From sequence record SRR22947727_398: DNA of 64,000 nucleotides; one strand, given 5' to 3'. Both the position numbers and the translations under genes were made by a program. Under the pieces are notes generated by a model that did no database searches, was not told the DNA's origin, and saw nothing but the letters and a program-made list of their open reading frames with translations. Of the stretch, positions 43,261 through 53,403 are shown piece after piece. Position 1 is the first letter of the stretch, and every line of letters begins with the position of its first letter.

Positions 43261-44165
43261 ACTAGGTCCTTATCGATCGCCAAAGCTAACTTAACAGCAT
43301 TATAACCATCTTTTGGTGAAACAGAAACTTTATTACCATCTAAAATTGAATCAATAAACGAATTTGTAGCTGCTTTTAAACTATCCTTCACTCCTTCATT
43401 ATCAAAAAAAGCTTCATTCAAATTAAAGGGGGTATTATGTTCCATTTTTTTATTTTGAAAATCAATTTTAATAAAACCACTCGGATAAATCAATTCCATG
43501 CTTCGTTCATTGACATCGGAAGCCCTACTAGCCGTTAATGAAGCAATCGTATTTTTAAATTTTATTTCTGCCCTAGAATGATGGAAAAAATTTTCATCTC
43601 CTTTTATTTTTTTACAAGTAACATACTCTGGTTCTTCTTGTATTAGCATCAATATAAGATCTATATCATGTATCATAAGATCTAAAGAAACAGATACATC
43701 CCTTCCCCTATCTGAAGGCCTCGTTAAACGGCTTGAAGTAATTCTTGAAGGCTTTTCAGGCAAATTATCTAAACCTATTGTCTTCAAAATAATTCTCTCC
43801 TGATGCCCTATTTGAACAACGATAGGCTTATTATTAGATAAGAATAAAATTTCTTCCGCTTGATTTAAATTTGATGCAATTGGTTTTTCTATTAAACAGT
43901 GCTTATCAGATACTAAGCATTTTATAGCCAAATCACCATGACTTATTGCAGGTGTAGCAATTATAACGGCATCAACATCAGAAAGCATTTCATCTAGGTT
44001 TGCGTAAGCTCTTGAATTATACTTTTGTGCTAATGATATAGACTTAGATAGATTTATATCGAATAGGCCTACCAATATAGCATTAGGGTTTAAAAAACAC
44101 TTCTCAGCATAGTAGCTACCAAATTTTCCAGCACCAATAATTGCTATTTTTAGTTTTTTTTGCAT
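43257..44165 (-). CDS. Gfo/Idh/MocA-family oxidoreductase
   Basis: IIGAGKFG, IATP, LIEKPI, GHQER, DLMIHDID. Confidence 0.88.
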   Translation of the reverse strand: MQKKLKIAIIGAGKFGSYYAEKCFLNPNAILVGLFDINLSKSISLAQKYNSRAYANLDEMLSDVDAVIIATPAISHGDLAIKCLVSDKHCLIEKPIASNLNQAEEILFLSNNKPIVVQIGHQERIILKTIGLDNLPEKPSRITSSRLTRPSDRGRDVSVSLDLMIHDIDLILMLIQEEPEYVTCKKIKGDENFFHHSRAEIKFKNTIASLTASRASDVNERSMELIYPSGFIKIDFQNKKMEHNTPFNLNEAFFDNEGVKDSLKAATNSFIDSILDGNKVSVSPKDGYNAVKLALAIDKDLV

Positions 44166-44319
44166 ATCATCCTTAACGCGCTTAAGCTATCAAATTACAA
44201 GTATTAAATGATTATTAATTTTATTTTTTATTAAAAAAGTAACCATTTTTTCAAATAAGCAGTATTTTATTCCATAAAAAGCAACAATTATACCAAAAAA
44301 CCCAATAAAACCGATGTTA

Positions 44320-44335
44320 TTAACCTTGCATTAAC
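44320..44335 (+). promoter_or_regulatory. Candidate CtrA binding site upstream of HU
   Basis: TTAA-CCTTGCA-TTAAC matches TTAA-N7-TTAAC; chance hits are possible in AT-rich DNA. Confidence 0.4.
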
Positions 44336-44403
44336 TAAAATAATTAGGATGGTAGATAATGATTCAGTCGCTGTTGACCGAGTCGGCATCTATAAGGGAG
44401 ACC

Positions 44404-44679
44404 ATGATGAACAAGAAAGAACTCGTAGCGGCTTTAGCTGCTCATTGCGATACAACTCAAGCTCAGGCTGGGGAATTTGTTAACGCGTTTACAGAAATAG
44501 TGACTAATGAGCTTAAAAAGGGTGATAAGTCTACTGTAGCACTTCCTGGATTTGGACAATTTATAGCAAAGCATCGTGCTTCGCGTGAGATGAGAAATCC
44601 TGCTACAGGCGCAATGATGATGAGCAAAGCTAAAACTTCTGCGACATTTAGAGCATCTGCTAATTTAAAAGATCTTTAG
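44404..44679 (+). CDS. hup: HU family DNA-binding protein
   Basis: MNKKELV, LPGFGQF, RNPATG, FRAS; AAGGGAG SD before ATG 44404. Confidence 0.9.
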   Translation: MMNKKELVAALAAHCDTTQAQAGEFVNAFTEIVTNELKKGDKSTVALPGFGQFIAKHRASREMRNPATGAMMMSKAKTSATFRASANLKDL

Positions 44680-44704
44680 TATTTAGAAGTCTATAATTAA
44701 CTTT

Positions 44705-44737
44705 AAAACCGCTGTGAATTTCTCAGCGGTTTTTTTT
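44705..44737. terminator. Intrinsic terminator (probably bidirectional) between HU and DAHP synthase
   Basis: AAAACCGCTG-N9-CAGCGGTTTTTTTT between convergent genes. Confidence 0.85.
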
Positions 44738-44748
44738 ATAGTAGCAAT

Positions 44749-46128
44749 TTAAACGGCCAACTTTGTTACAGAATCTTTTTTATAGCTGCCTAGCTCTTCT
44801 GCAATTAAAAATGCTAATTCTAATGCTTGATCTGCATTTAATCTGGGATCACAATGTGTATGATACCTAGATGACAGATCTTCTTCCCTCACTACACGCG
44901 CTGAACCCCCAAGACATTCGGTTACATTTTGCCCAGTCATTTCAAAATGAACACCTCCTGGCCAACAATTCTCACTATGCAATACCTGCATAAAACTCTT
45001 TACTTCTGATAGGATGTTATCAACTGGTCTCGTTTTATACCCTGTAGCTGTTTTTATAGTATTCCCATGCATAGGATCACATGACCAAACAACATGTCTA
45101 CCTGATGTTTTCACAGCTCGAGCTAATTCTGGAAGGTGCTTTTTAACTTTAGTATGTCCATAACGAGCTATCAAAGTGATTTTACCAGCTTCATTTTCTG
45201 GATTTAATTTATCGATAAGTTTTATTAGATCATCCGCCTCTAAATCTTCACCAATTTTGATAGCCACAGGGTTTTCAATACCGCGCATAAATTCTACATG
45301 TGCGTGGTCAAGCTGACGGGTCCTATTGCCTATCCATAACATATGTGCAGAAGTATCATACCACCTCCCCGTAGTACTATCAATTCTAGTCATAGCCTCT
45401 TCATACCCAAGTAAAAGTCCTTCATGGCTAGTATAATAATCTGTAGCAGCCATTTGGGGCGTACTTTCGGGGGTAACCCCACACGCTTCCATAAAGTCCA
45501 TCGCTTCAGATATTTTATCGCATAAAACTTTGTAACGATTGGTTTGTTTCGACTGACTAGCAAAGCCTAAAGTCCACTTATGAATATTTCTCAAATTTGC
45601 ATATCCGCCGGTTGAAAAAGCTCTTAACAAATTTAAGGTAGCCGCTGATTGGCCATATGCTTTTAATAATCTCTTAGGGTTTGGAGTTCGAGATTTCTCA
45701 TCAAATGCCATTCCATTTATATTATCACCTCGGTAACTCGGCAATATAATTCCATTTCGTTCCTCAACAGGAGAGCTTCTTGGTTTTCCAAACTGACCCG
45801 CTATACGCCCTACTTTAACAACTGGCTTACCTGCGCCGTAAGTTAGCACAACAGCCATTTGCATCATAACGCGAAACATATCTCTTAAATTATCAGGATG
45901 AAACTCCTTAAAACTTTCAGCGCAATCCCCCCCCTGAAGAAGAAATGCTTTTCCATTAGCTACATCTGCCAACCTTGATTTTAAACGCCTTGCCTCTCCG
46001 GCAAATACTAAAGGAGGGTGGCCCTTTAAGGCAGTTTCCACTTCTGCCAATTTGTTGCTATCCGGGTAGTCGTCTGGGATATGTTTTGATGGTAAAGATC
46101 GCCAACTTGAGGGTGTCCATTTTGTCAT
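44749..46128 (-). CDS. Class II 3-deoxy-7-phosphoheptulonate (DAHP) synthase
   Basis: LLQGGDCAESF, GRIAGQFGKPRS, YRGDNING, CDPMHGNT, CDPRLN. Confidence 0.95.
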   Translation of the reverse strand: MTKWTPSSWRSLPSKHIPDDYPDSNKLAEVETALKGHPPLVFAGEARRLKSRLADVANGKAFLLQGGDCAESFKEFHPDNLRDMFRVMMQMAVVLTYGAGKPVVKVGRIAGQFGKPRSSPVEERNGIILPSYRGDNINGMAFDEKSRTPNPKRLLKAYGQSAATLNLLRAFSTGGYANLRNIHKWTLGFASQSKQTNRYKVLCDKISEAMDFMEACGVTPESTPQMAATDYYTSHEGLLLGYEEAMTRIDSTTGRWYDTSAHMLWIGNRTRQLDHAHVEFMRGIENPVAIKIGEDLEADDLIKLIDKLNPENEAGKITLIARYGHTKVKKHLPELARAVKTSGRHVVWSCDPMHGNTIKTATGYKTRPVDNILSEVKSFMQVLHSENCWPGGVHFEMTGQNVTECLGGSARVVREEDLSSRYHTHCDPRLNADQALELAFLIAEELGSYKKDSVTKLAV

Positions 46129-46327
46129 AGTCTTTCCTATTTGACAGGCAATTAAGTTAGAATTTAGCTTCAGTTAAATTATGTGTATAGCAAATTAATA
46201 AATAAATGACTAGAAGTGGTTTTAATGAATCATCAAAAAATGAATGGATATATAAGTGGTGAGCTAAATTAATCTTTTAAACTACTATATAAAAAAATAA
46301 CATCATATAAAATCAAGGTCCGTAATT

Positions 46328-47470
46328 ATGTCAGACAGTAATATAAGTTATTTTGAAATCACCAATGAAGGTGTTTCAGTTTGGTGGAGTTGGATACTCG
46401 TATTTTGGTTTACGGTTCTAGGGTGGCTGTTAGTCCAAATAGTTATTACAGGCCCAATACCAGAACTTGCAAGATCAGCTGATCCGAACCTTGGATTTCA
46501 AATCGATAAAGCAACTGAAAACATGATCCAACAAATTGATTTTAAAAAGGTTAGTTATTTTGGCCTCATTTTCTTTTTTGGCACATTACTTGGTTTGATA
46601 AGCTGGTCAATGAACCGCAGTTTCAAAAATTCTTATCTTAAATCTTCAGGTTTTTTAACTGGTATTGGTGTAATAGCTTCATTTTATGGTTTGATAAATT
46701 TATTTCCACTTATGAATGATGCTGAAGCTAATACTACAATAATCAAAGCTATAGGGGTAAGTCCTACTATCTATATTCTTTTTCTATTAGTTTTTCCTGC
46801 ATCCTTAATCGCACTGTATCTTGGACAAAAATATATACACCAAAGAACTATACTTAGTCTACATACTGCCAGCCCAACGATAAGATGGAATAGAGGTATA
46901 AACGCTTTTCTTGTTACTTGGCTTGTACTTGGGACCCTTTCTTTAGCCGGGCATATAAGTGGATTAAGTGTTGTTAAAGCTAACTTTCAAGCTGAAAATA
47001 TTTTACTTTATATGATATTATCTCTTGCCCTCATTCCTCTTCAATCTGCGACTGAAGAAATAGTATTTCGAGGCTATTTAAACCAGTGGTTCACACATTT
47101 ATTAAAAAACAAGTGGATAGCCTTCATAATTTCCAGCGCTCTTTTTGCTTCAATGCATCTTTCCAATCCAGAAGCCTTAAAAGGAGCTGAAGATGGAGTG
47201 TTATTGCTAACCATGAGCGGATATTTCTTATTTGGTTTCGTGGCATGTTTGTTAGTTTGGATGGATAATGGACTCGAATCTGCCATAGGATTTCATGCAG
47301 CTAATAATACGTTTGCGGCAATATTTATAAATTATGAAGGATCTGTTTTACCAGTTCCTTCCCTATTCATGGCTAAGCCTAATATCAATTTAGATATGCC
47401 TATAATGGTTATAGCTTTAATAATAATTACTTTAGTTTTATATAAAACTAGATATAAATCAGTCTCTTAA
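46328..47470 (+). CDS. CPBP (CAAX protease/Abi-like) intramembrane metalloprotease
   Basis: EEIVFRGY, LFASMH, GFHAANN motifs in a multi-TM protein. Confidence 0.85.
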   Translation: MSDSNISYFEITNEGVSVWWSWILVFWFTVLGWLLVQIVITGPIPELARSADPNLGFQIDKATENMIQQIDFKKVSYFGLIFFFGTLLGLISWSMNRSFKNSYLKSSGFLTGIGVIASFYGLINLFPLMNDAEANTTIIKAIGVSPTIYILFLLVFPASLIALYLGQKYIHQRTILSLHTASPTIRWNRGINAFLVTWLVLGTLSLAGHISGLSVVKANFQAENILLYMILSLALIPLQSATEEIVFRGYLNQWFTHLLKNKWIAFIISSALFASMHLSNPEALKGAEDGVLLLTMSGYFLFGFVACLLVWMDNGLESAIGFHAANNTFAAIFINYEGSVLPVPSLFMAKPNINLDMPIMVIALIIITLVLYKTRYKSVS

Positions 47471-47495
47471 CGTAATATCTTTATAAAATTTATCC

Positions 47496-47520
47496 AAAAA
47501 AAAACCGCCCCTTAGGGCGG
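47496..47520 (-). terminator. Intrinsic terminator of the TonB-dependent receptor gene
   Basis: Minus strand CCGCCC-TAAG-GGGCGG followed by T9. Confidence 0.85.
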
Positions 47521-47545
47521 CTTAATATTATAAGTTTCTGTAATC

Positions 47546-50182
47546 TTAGAACTTGTAACGTACGGACGCGCCATATGTTCTAGGTTGACTTGGGTAAGCA
47601 TTAATGGTCGCGCCCTGAACCACACCTGGGAATGCAGATGTGTAAGACTGATCATTATTTAAGTTTCTAGCCCATATCATGAACGATACGCCACTATCAA
47701 AACCCACACCGGCTGATGCATTAATGATATTTGTTGAACGTGTAAGTCCTGCAATATTATCAACGATCTGAACATCGCTCTCATACTGATAGTCAGCTCG
47801 TACAAAACCTGAAATCGCATCTGAGAAGTCATGAGTATAAGTAGCTGAGGTTGAAAGCGAAAGTTCGTTTATGCCGGCAGGTCTTTGACCAGAAAGATCA
47901 ATAACGGTGCCGTTTGGTCCAGGAGCTGTTGGGAAGCTGTCATAAACTGGGTCCTGTAAGATACCCGCAAATGTAACATGCAAAGGATCCATTAGCTTAA
48001 ATGTTGAATCCCATTCAATACCGCGAGTTGATTGTGTACCAGCGTTAGCTAAGACAAAACCTGTTCCTTGGAAAATTGTTGACTGGAAGTTCTCGATTGT
48101 CTGATCAAACGCTGCAAAGTTGAATGTTCCCCAATCACCTCTAGCTTTAAAACCAATTTCCGCCACTTCCGATGTCTCTGGCTCAGAATACCGTGTTCCA
48201 AAGTTACGTCCTGTTGAAGGCACATAGTTGTTTGGAAGTAATCCCGCCGCTGCAAGAGCTAGAGCATCTGCTTGGAACGGACGAGAGTCACGTGTTAAAT
48301 TCCAAGACGCTGACTTAAAGCCAGTAGCATATCTTGCATATACATTTATTGTGTCGTTAACTTCATAATTAAACATCCCTGTATAGGTAAGTTTATTATT
48401 ATCAGTAATACCGTCTTCCACAGCGTTTGGATATGCTAACAGCTGCGGTTGAAACTGAAGCCCAAAAAGTCCGCCTAGCGGGTTACCATTCGGATCGTTC
48501 ATGATTCCTTGAGGAATAGCTGCAACACCAGCAGCTACTTGAGCTGCAAATCCTGGGTACACTACTGAACCTGGAGCAGTATTTCCTGCGGCATCAACAA
48601 AACATGCAGGCGCGCCCAGTACAGCACCAACGTTAGCAGGCGTGAATGGAAGTGCTCCTAATCCGCAAGAGGCGGCTACATCTGGGAAATTACCTGCAAT
48701 ACCTAAGCCTGTAAGAGCAGCACGGCCTTCTGCGCCGCTGAAGTCGATGTTACCAAAGACATCATTGTTATCTGTGTAAAGAGATACATTTTTCTTATCT
48801 TGAGTGTAGTTTACACCAAAAGTAGCAGTAAGTCTGTCTGTAACGTCAAATTCAGCTTGTCCAAAGAGACTGAGAGCTTCGTTATCCTGTGTTGCATACT
48901 CATCTATAGTTGTGTCATCCGCAAAGAATGTACCAGGAGCATAACCTAGTATAGCTTCAACACCACCTAGAACAGAAGCGCCGCCAGCGAGAAGATCTAT
49001 ATAGGTTCTTGTATCGTCACCATAAAGTAGACCTGAGTCTTGATCTATACTCTCATCAAAGTAAAAGCCACCAACCATAACATCGACTTTATCAGATACT
49101 TCGTAGTTAAGACGTAATTCCTGCGTAAATGTTCTGATATCAACATTTTGATAAACATTTTTCAGAAACTCAAGAGAGTTGTAATCTGAATCAGATCCGT
49201 AATCGGAGTCGTTCGCGCGATAAGCTGTAATAGAAGTAACATCAACGTTACCCATTTTAAATTTACTTTCAAGTGAAACGCCTCTGTCTTTTATCTCATT
49301 CTGAGAGTTTGAGTTGCCATATGTTTCATATGAAAACTGATTATCAGAAGAAGGCTGATTTCCGCCTAACGCTAAAATGATATTTCTAACGTTTGGCTGT
49401 CCGGCAGCAAAAGGTCCATCAATTGCAACACCCGTACCGCAGCAGTTCTCATCGATAGAACTTCTATCAAAAATCAAACGGAAAGATGTATCATCTTTAG
49501 GAGTCCACATAATTTGACCCCGCATATTCCAACGATCGATTTCATTAAAATCATCGGATTCAGCTAGGTTTGTAAAATAACCATCACGCTGCTGAAAACC
49601 AAGACCTAAACTCACAGCTATATTTTCTGCCACTGCGCCCTCAACATAACCCTTAGCGTACATTTGATTAAAACGGCCATATCCAGCCTCTACATAACCA
49701 CCTGTTTCAGAGTTAGGTGCTGAAGTCACAACACTAACAACGCCGGCAGAAGCATTTTTGCCGAAAAGTGTTGACTGTGGACCAGAAAGCACCTCTACAC
49801 GCTCTAGATTTGGCAGATCGCCGATCTGAGCTGCTGCACGTGACCTGTAAACTCCATCAATGAACACACCAACGGCAGGTTCAATACCTAAGTTATTACC
49901 TCCGTTACCGAAGCCTCGAATAGCAAGACTTGTGTTAGCTGAGTTTTGAAGTTGTGAAACACGAAATGTAGGCACAACAGACTGAAGATCTTTAATATCG
50001 AGTATCTGTGCCTTTTCAATAACATCAGCAGAGGTAACTGAAACTGAGAGTGCTACTTCTTGTAGCGTTTTAGTAGACTTAGTAGCAGTAACAATAATTT
50101 CATCTCCAGCACTATCCTGTGCTAAAGCTGGTGAAGCAGCAACGATAAGAGTTGTGCCGAGTAAAAGGGTTTTTTTGAGCAT
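47546..50182 (-). CDS. TonB-dependent receptor
   Basis: Signal peptide ending ALA, TonB box DEIIVTA, plug motifs (VGVFIDGVY, ERVEVLSGPQSTLFGKNASAG), C-terminal PRTYGASVRYKF. Confidence 0.95.
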   Translation of the reverse strand: MLKKTLLLGTTLIVAASPALAQDSAGDEIIVTATKSTKTLQEVALSVSVTSADVIEKAQILDIKDLQSVVPTFRVSQLQNSANTSLAIRGFGNGGNNLGIEPAVGVFIDGVYRSRAAAQIGDLPNLERVEVLSGPQSTLFGKNASAGVVSVVTSAPNSETGGYVEAGYGRFNQMYAKGYVEGAVAENIAVSLGLGFQQRDGYFTNLAESDDFNEIDRWNMRGQIMWTPKDDTSFRLIFDRSSIDENCCGTGVAIDGPFAAGQPNVRNIILALGGNQPSSDNQFSYETYGNSNSQNEIKDRGVSLESKFKMGNVDVTSITAYRANDSDYGSDSDYNSLEFLKNVYQNVDIRTFTQELRLNYEVSDKVDVMVGGFYFDESIDQDSGLLYGDDTRTYIDLLAGGASVLGGVEAILGYAPGTFFADDTTIDEYATQDNEALSLFGQAEFDVTDRLTATFGVNYTQDKKNVSLYTDNNDVFGNIDFSGAEGRAALTGLGIAGNFPDVAASCGLGALPFTPANVGAVLGAPACFVDAAGNTAPGSVVYPGFAAQVAAGVAAIPQGIMNDPNGNPLGGLFGLQFQPQLLAYPNAVEDGITDNNKLTYTGMFNYEVNDTINVYARYATGFKSASWNLTRDSRPFQADALALAAAGLLPNNYVPSTGRNFGTRYSEPETSEVAEIGFKARGDWGTFNFAAFDQTIENFQSTIFQGTGFVLANAGTQSTRGIEWDSTFKLMDPLHVTFAGILQDPVYDSFPTAPGPNGTVIDLSGQRPAGINELSLSTSATYTHDFSDAISGFVRADYQYESDVQIVDNIAGLTRSTNIINASAGVGFDSGVSFMIWARNLNNDQSYTSAFPGVVQGATINAYPSQPRTYGASVRYKF

Positions 50183-50423
50183 GGTTTCCCCGTATGCAAA
50201 GTTAAGTTATACACCACTCTTAGGTGGTATTTATGAACAAATCGCTACTATGTAGAGATATTTATATCAAGTAAGATAAATATTTATTAAGTGATTTGTC
50301 ATGACTGTGTCTTATTTAACACACAATAAATACAACGATTTAGATATAATTAAGAAAAATAATAAACTAATATATTAAGTTTTATTCATTCATTTATGAA
50401 TATTTACATGATAAAGCTAAGAT

Positions 50424-51488
50424 ATGATTTCCTTAGAAAAAGATAATACAAAAACTTCTTTAAAAGAAAAGTGGCTGACAGCAGTGGCTGGACCTGGAGA
50501 TACTGGTATTCGTGTCGATAAATGGCTTGCCACTTGGACTGAATTATCAAGGTCTCGTATTGGAGCACTTATAGAAGCAAAACAAGTAAGAGCAAATGGT
50601 GACATAATCACAAAACCCACTATAAAAGTAAGAGAAAGTGTTGAATATGCTATTCTTGTTCCGCCACCCGTTGATGATTCTCCAAAACCAGAGAACATTC
50701 TACTAGATATCCTTTTTGAAGACGAACAGCTTATAGTTGTTAATAAGCCTGCCGGAATGACGGTACATCCTGCCCCAGGGTCTCGTTCAGCAACTCTAGT
50801 TAATGCACTTCTCCATCATTGCGCAGATAGCCTATCCGGTATTGGAGGGGTTTTAAGGCCGGGTATTGTCCATCGACTTGATAAAGATACATCAGGTGTT
50901 TTAGTAGTTGCAAAAACCGATCGAGCACACAGATATTTATCAAAGCAATTTGCTAAACATACTGTTAAGCGACTTTATATTAGCCTTGTAAGAAGTGCGC
51001 CAAAACCCCGTGAGGGTAAAATTATAACGCGAATAGCTCGCAGTCCAAATGATAGAAAAAAACAATCAGTAGTTCGAGGAACATTTAACGATATAGAGTC
51101 ATCTGATCATGGAAGGCACGCAATAACTAACTACAAATATCGCAAAGGTTATGGTCAACAACCGAATGCGGCAGTTGGTGTACCCCAAGTTAGTATGGTT
51201 GAATGCAGACTGGAAACTGGAAGAACCCATCAAATTCGAGTGCATTTAGCACATATTGGATGCCCTTTACTTGGCGACCCACTCTACGGAAAACAGCGTG
51301 CTTTTTTAACAAGCAAGGATCCGAATGAAGCTATTGTGAAAAATGCAATTGGAAATTTAAAGCGGCAAGCCTTACATGCCGCTAGTCTTGGCTTTAAGCA
51401 CCCTACAACCAAAGAATTTATGTTATTTGAAAGCCCCATGCCAAGTGATATGTCTGAACTCATTACCGTTTTGGAAAAGCTAAATTAA
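50424..51488 (+). CDS. rluD: RluA-family 23S rRNA pseudouridine synthase (RluD-like)
   Basis: S4-like N-terminus, VNKPAGMTVHP, GIVHRLDKDTSG, LETGRTHQIRVH, RQALHA. Confidence 0.9.
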   Translation: MISLEKDNTKTSLKEKWLTAVAGPGDTGIRVDKWLATWTELSRSRIGALIEAKQVRANGDIITKPTIKVRESVEYAILVPPPVDDSPKPENILLDILFEDEQLIVVNKPAGMTVHPAPGSRSATLVNALLHHCADSLSGIGGVLRPGIVHRLDKDTSGVLVVAKTDRAHRYLSKQFAKHTVKRLYISLVRSAPKPREGKIITRIARSPNDRKKQSVVRGTFNDIESSDHGRHAITNYKYRKGYGQQPNAAVGVPQVSMVECRLETGRTHQIRVHLAHIGCPLLGDPLYGKQRAFLTSKDPNEAIVKNAIGNLKRQALHAASLGFKHPTTKEFMLFESPMPSDMSELITVLEKLN

Positions 51489-51557
51489 TAATAATTTTAA
51501 TCCAAAAACCTTTTAAAACAGTAAAAATACATTATATAGAGCAACCGGAGATCATTA

Positions 51558-52526
51558 ATGGTTGATAGTAAAACAGAATTACCCTCTAAAAAGCGCGATT
51601 ATAGCGCAAAAAAGACTGATGCTTCTTATTCAGGGAACATGAGCCTCTCAATGACATTGTCACCCGAGCAAGGGCTAAATCGTTATTTGCAAGAAGTTCG
51701 TAAGTTTCCTATGCTTGACAGAGATGAGGAATTTATGCTCGCAAAACGTTGGATCGAACAACAAGATTCAAATGCTGCTGAAAAAATGGTCACATCGCAT
51801 CTTCGTTTAGTTGCAAAAATTGCTATGGGATATCGCGGGTATGGCCTTCCGATTGGTGAGGTAATATCGGAAGGAAATGTTGGCCTTATGCAAGCTGTAA
51901 AGAAATTTGATCCCGATAAAGGATTTCGTTTATCAACATACGCAATGTGGTGGATACGAGCAGCAATCCAAGAATATGTACTGCGCTCTTGGTCGCTAGT
52001 AAAAATGGGAACAACAGCTGCTCAGAAAAAACTATTCTTTAACTTAAGACGCCTTAAGGGCCAAATGAAAGCTATTGATGATGGAGACCTTACCCCCGAC
52101 CATGTAGCAAAAATAGCCACTAAATTAGGAGTTAAAGAAGAAGAAGTCACTTCAATGAACCGAAGAATGGGGCATGGAGGTGATGCATCTCTTAATGTGA
52201 GCATTGGAGGTGAAGACGGCAGCTCTGAATGGCAAGACTGGCTTCAAGATGATACGGATTCTCAAGAGGAAATACTGGGTCAAGATCAAGAGCATAATGC
52301 AAAGATGGAATTATTAAAAAAAGCTATGTCTGCACTAAATGAGCGAGAACAAGATATAATATCCAAAAGGCGTTTAGCTGATAAACCCATGACCCTTGAA
52401 GAGCTTGCTGTTATTTATGGTGTGTCACGTGAGCGAATAAGACAAATAGAAGCTAGAGCATTTGAAAAACTTCAGGAAGCTATGATTAGTTCTGCTCAGT
52501 CCTCAGGACTTATTGAAGGTTATTAA
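51558..52526 (+). CDS. rpoH: RNA polymerase sigma-32 factor
   Basis: SHLRLVAKIA, RLSTYAMWWIRA, RpoH box QKKLFFNLR, VSRERIRQIE. Confidence 0.95.
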   Translation: MVDSKTELPSKKRDYSAKKTDASYSGNMSLSMTLSPEQGLNRYLQEVRKFPMLDRDEEFMLAKRWIEQQDSNAAEKMVTSHLRLVAKIAMGYRGYGLPIGEVISEGNVGLMQAVKKFDPDKGFRLSTYAMWWIRAAIQEYVLRSWSLVKMGTTAAQKKLFFNLRRLKGQMKAIDDGDLTPDHVAKIATKLGVKEEEVTSMNRRMGHGGDASLNVSIGGEDGSSEWQDWLQDDTDSQEEILGQDQEHNAKMELLKKAMSALNEREQDIISKRRLADKPMTLEELAVIYGVSRERIRQIEARAFEKLQEAMISSAQSSGLIEGY

Positions 52527-52538
52527 AACTAATAAAAG

Positions 52539-52916
52539 CTATAAAGAATTTGCCGCAGGAACAATTGTAACACTCTCGCCACAACCACATGCGTCTGTTT
52601 GATTAGGGTTTGTGAAGGTAAACCTAGATGATAAAACATCTACTTCGTAATCAATGACTGATCCCAAAATAAATAAAACTGCTTTGGCATCAACAACTAT
52701 CTGAACTCCATTATCCTCTACAACCTCATCAAATTTTTGCGGTTCTGATATATAGTCCATGAGGTATTCCATACCAGCGCAACCTCCATTTTGAACGCCA
52801 ACTCTGAGAAACCCTTCATCTTTTTCATCAAGAATTTCCCTTACTCTATTTGAGGCTGCATCAGTTAGTGTTACTAATTTAGCTCGAGGTTTTCTATTGT
52901 TTTTAATATTAGCCAT
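52539..52916 (-). CDS. sufA: A-type Fe-S carrier (SufA/IscA)
   Basis: GGCAGMEY, FTNPNQTDACGCGES; likely start ATG 52916. Confidence 0.9.
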   Translation of the reverse strand: MANIKNNRKPRAKLVTLTDAASNRVREILDEKDEGFLRVGVQNGGCAGMEYLMDYISEPQKFDEVVEDNGVQIVVDAKAVLFILGSVIDYEVDVLSSRFTFTNPNQTDACGCGESVTIVPAANSL

Positions 52917-52920
52917 AAAT

Positions 52921-53385
52921 TTACAACATATTGAGTTCAAGACGAGCTTCGTCACTCATACGATCTGGTGTCCAAGGCGGATCAAAGGTCATACTAACCT
53001 CTACTTTAGCAACGCCTGCAACAACTTCACAAGCTTCCCTAACCCACTCTGGCATCTCGCCGGCTACAGGGCAACCAGGAGCAGTTAATGTCATTTCAAC
53101 TTTTAAAAGACGATCATCTTCCAGCTCAACACCATATATTAAGCCAAGTTCATAGATATCGACAGGAATTTCTGGATCATATACTGACTTTAGCTGTGAA
53201 ATCACATCATTCGTTATTTGTTCAATTTCACTATCTGAAGGCTTCTCATAACTAGAATTCACATTAATTACATCTCGCTTTGGTTTAATTATATTTTTGT
53301 CTGTACTTTCTATTCCAGGTATTTGGGCATTAGCCAAAGCTTCAGCTCTTCTTTGTCTATCATGTGCTGGGTCAATCATTGTCAT
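52921..53385 (-). CDS. sufT: SUF system Fe-S assembly protein (DUF59/SufT)
   Basis: VYDPEIPVDIYELGLIY, MTLTAPGCPVA, FDPPW...MSDEARL. Confidence 0.88.
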   Translation of the reverse strand: MTMIDPAHDRQRRAEALANAQIPGIESTDKNIIKPKRDVINVNSSYEKPSDSEIEQITNDVISQLKSVYDPEIPVDIYELGLIYGVELEDDRLLKVEMTLTAPGCPVAGEMPEWVREACEVVAGVAKVEVSMTFDPPWTPDRMSDEARLELNML

Positions 53386-53403
53386 CTCTTAATTAAATCA
53401 TTT

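Noticed and set aside
46328-47470. CPBP/Abi-family protein as an anti-phage defence gene
   Set aside because: The Abi name for this family is historical; it is a common membrane protease with no defence-island context here.
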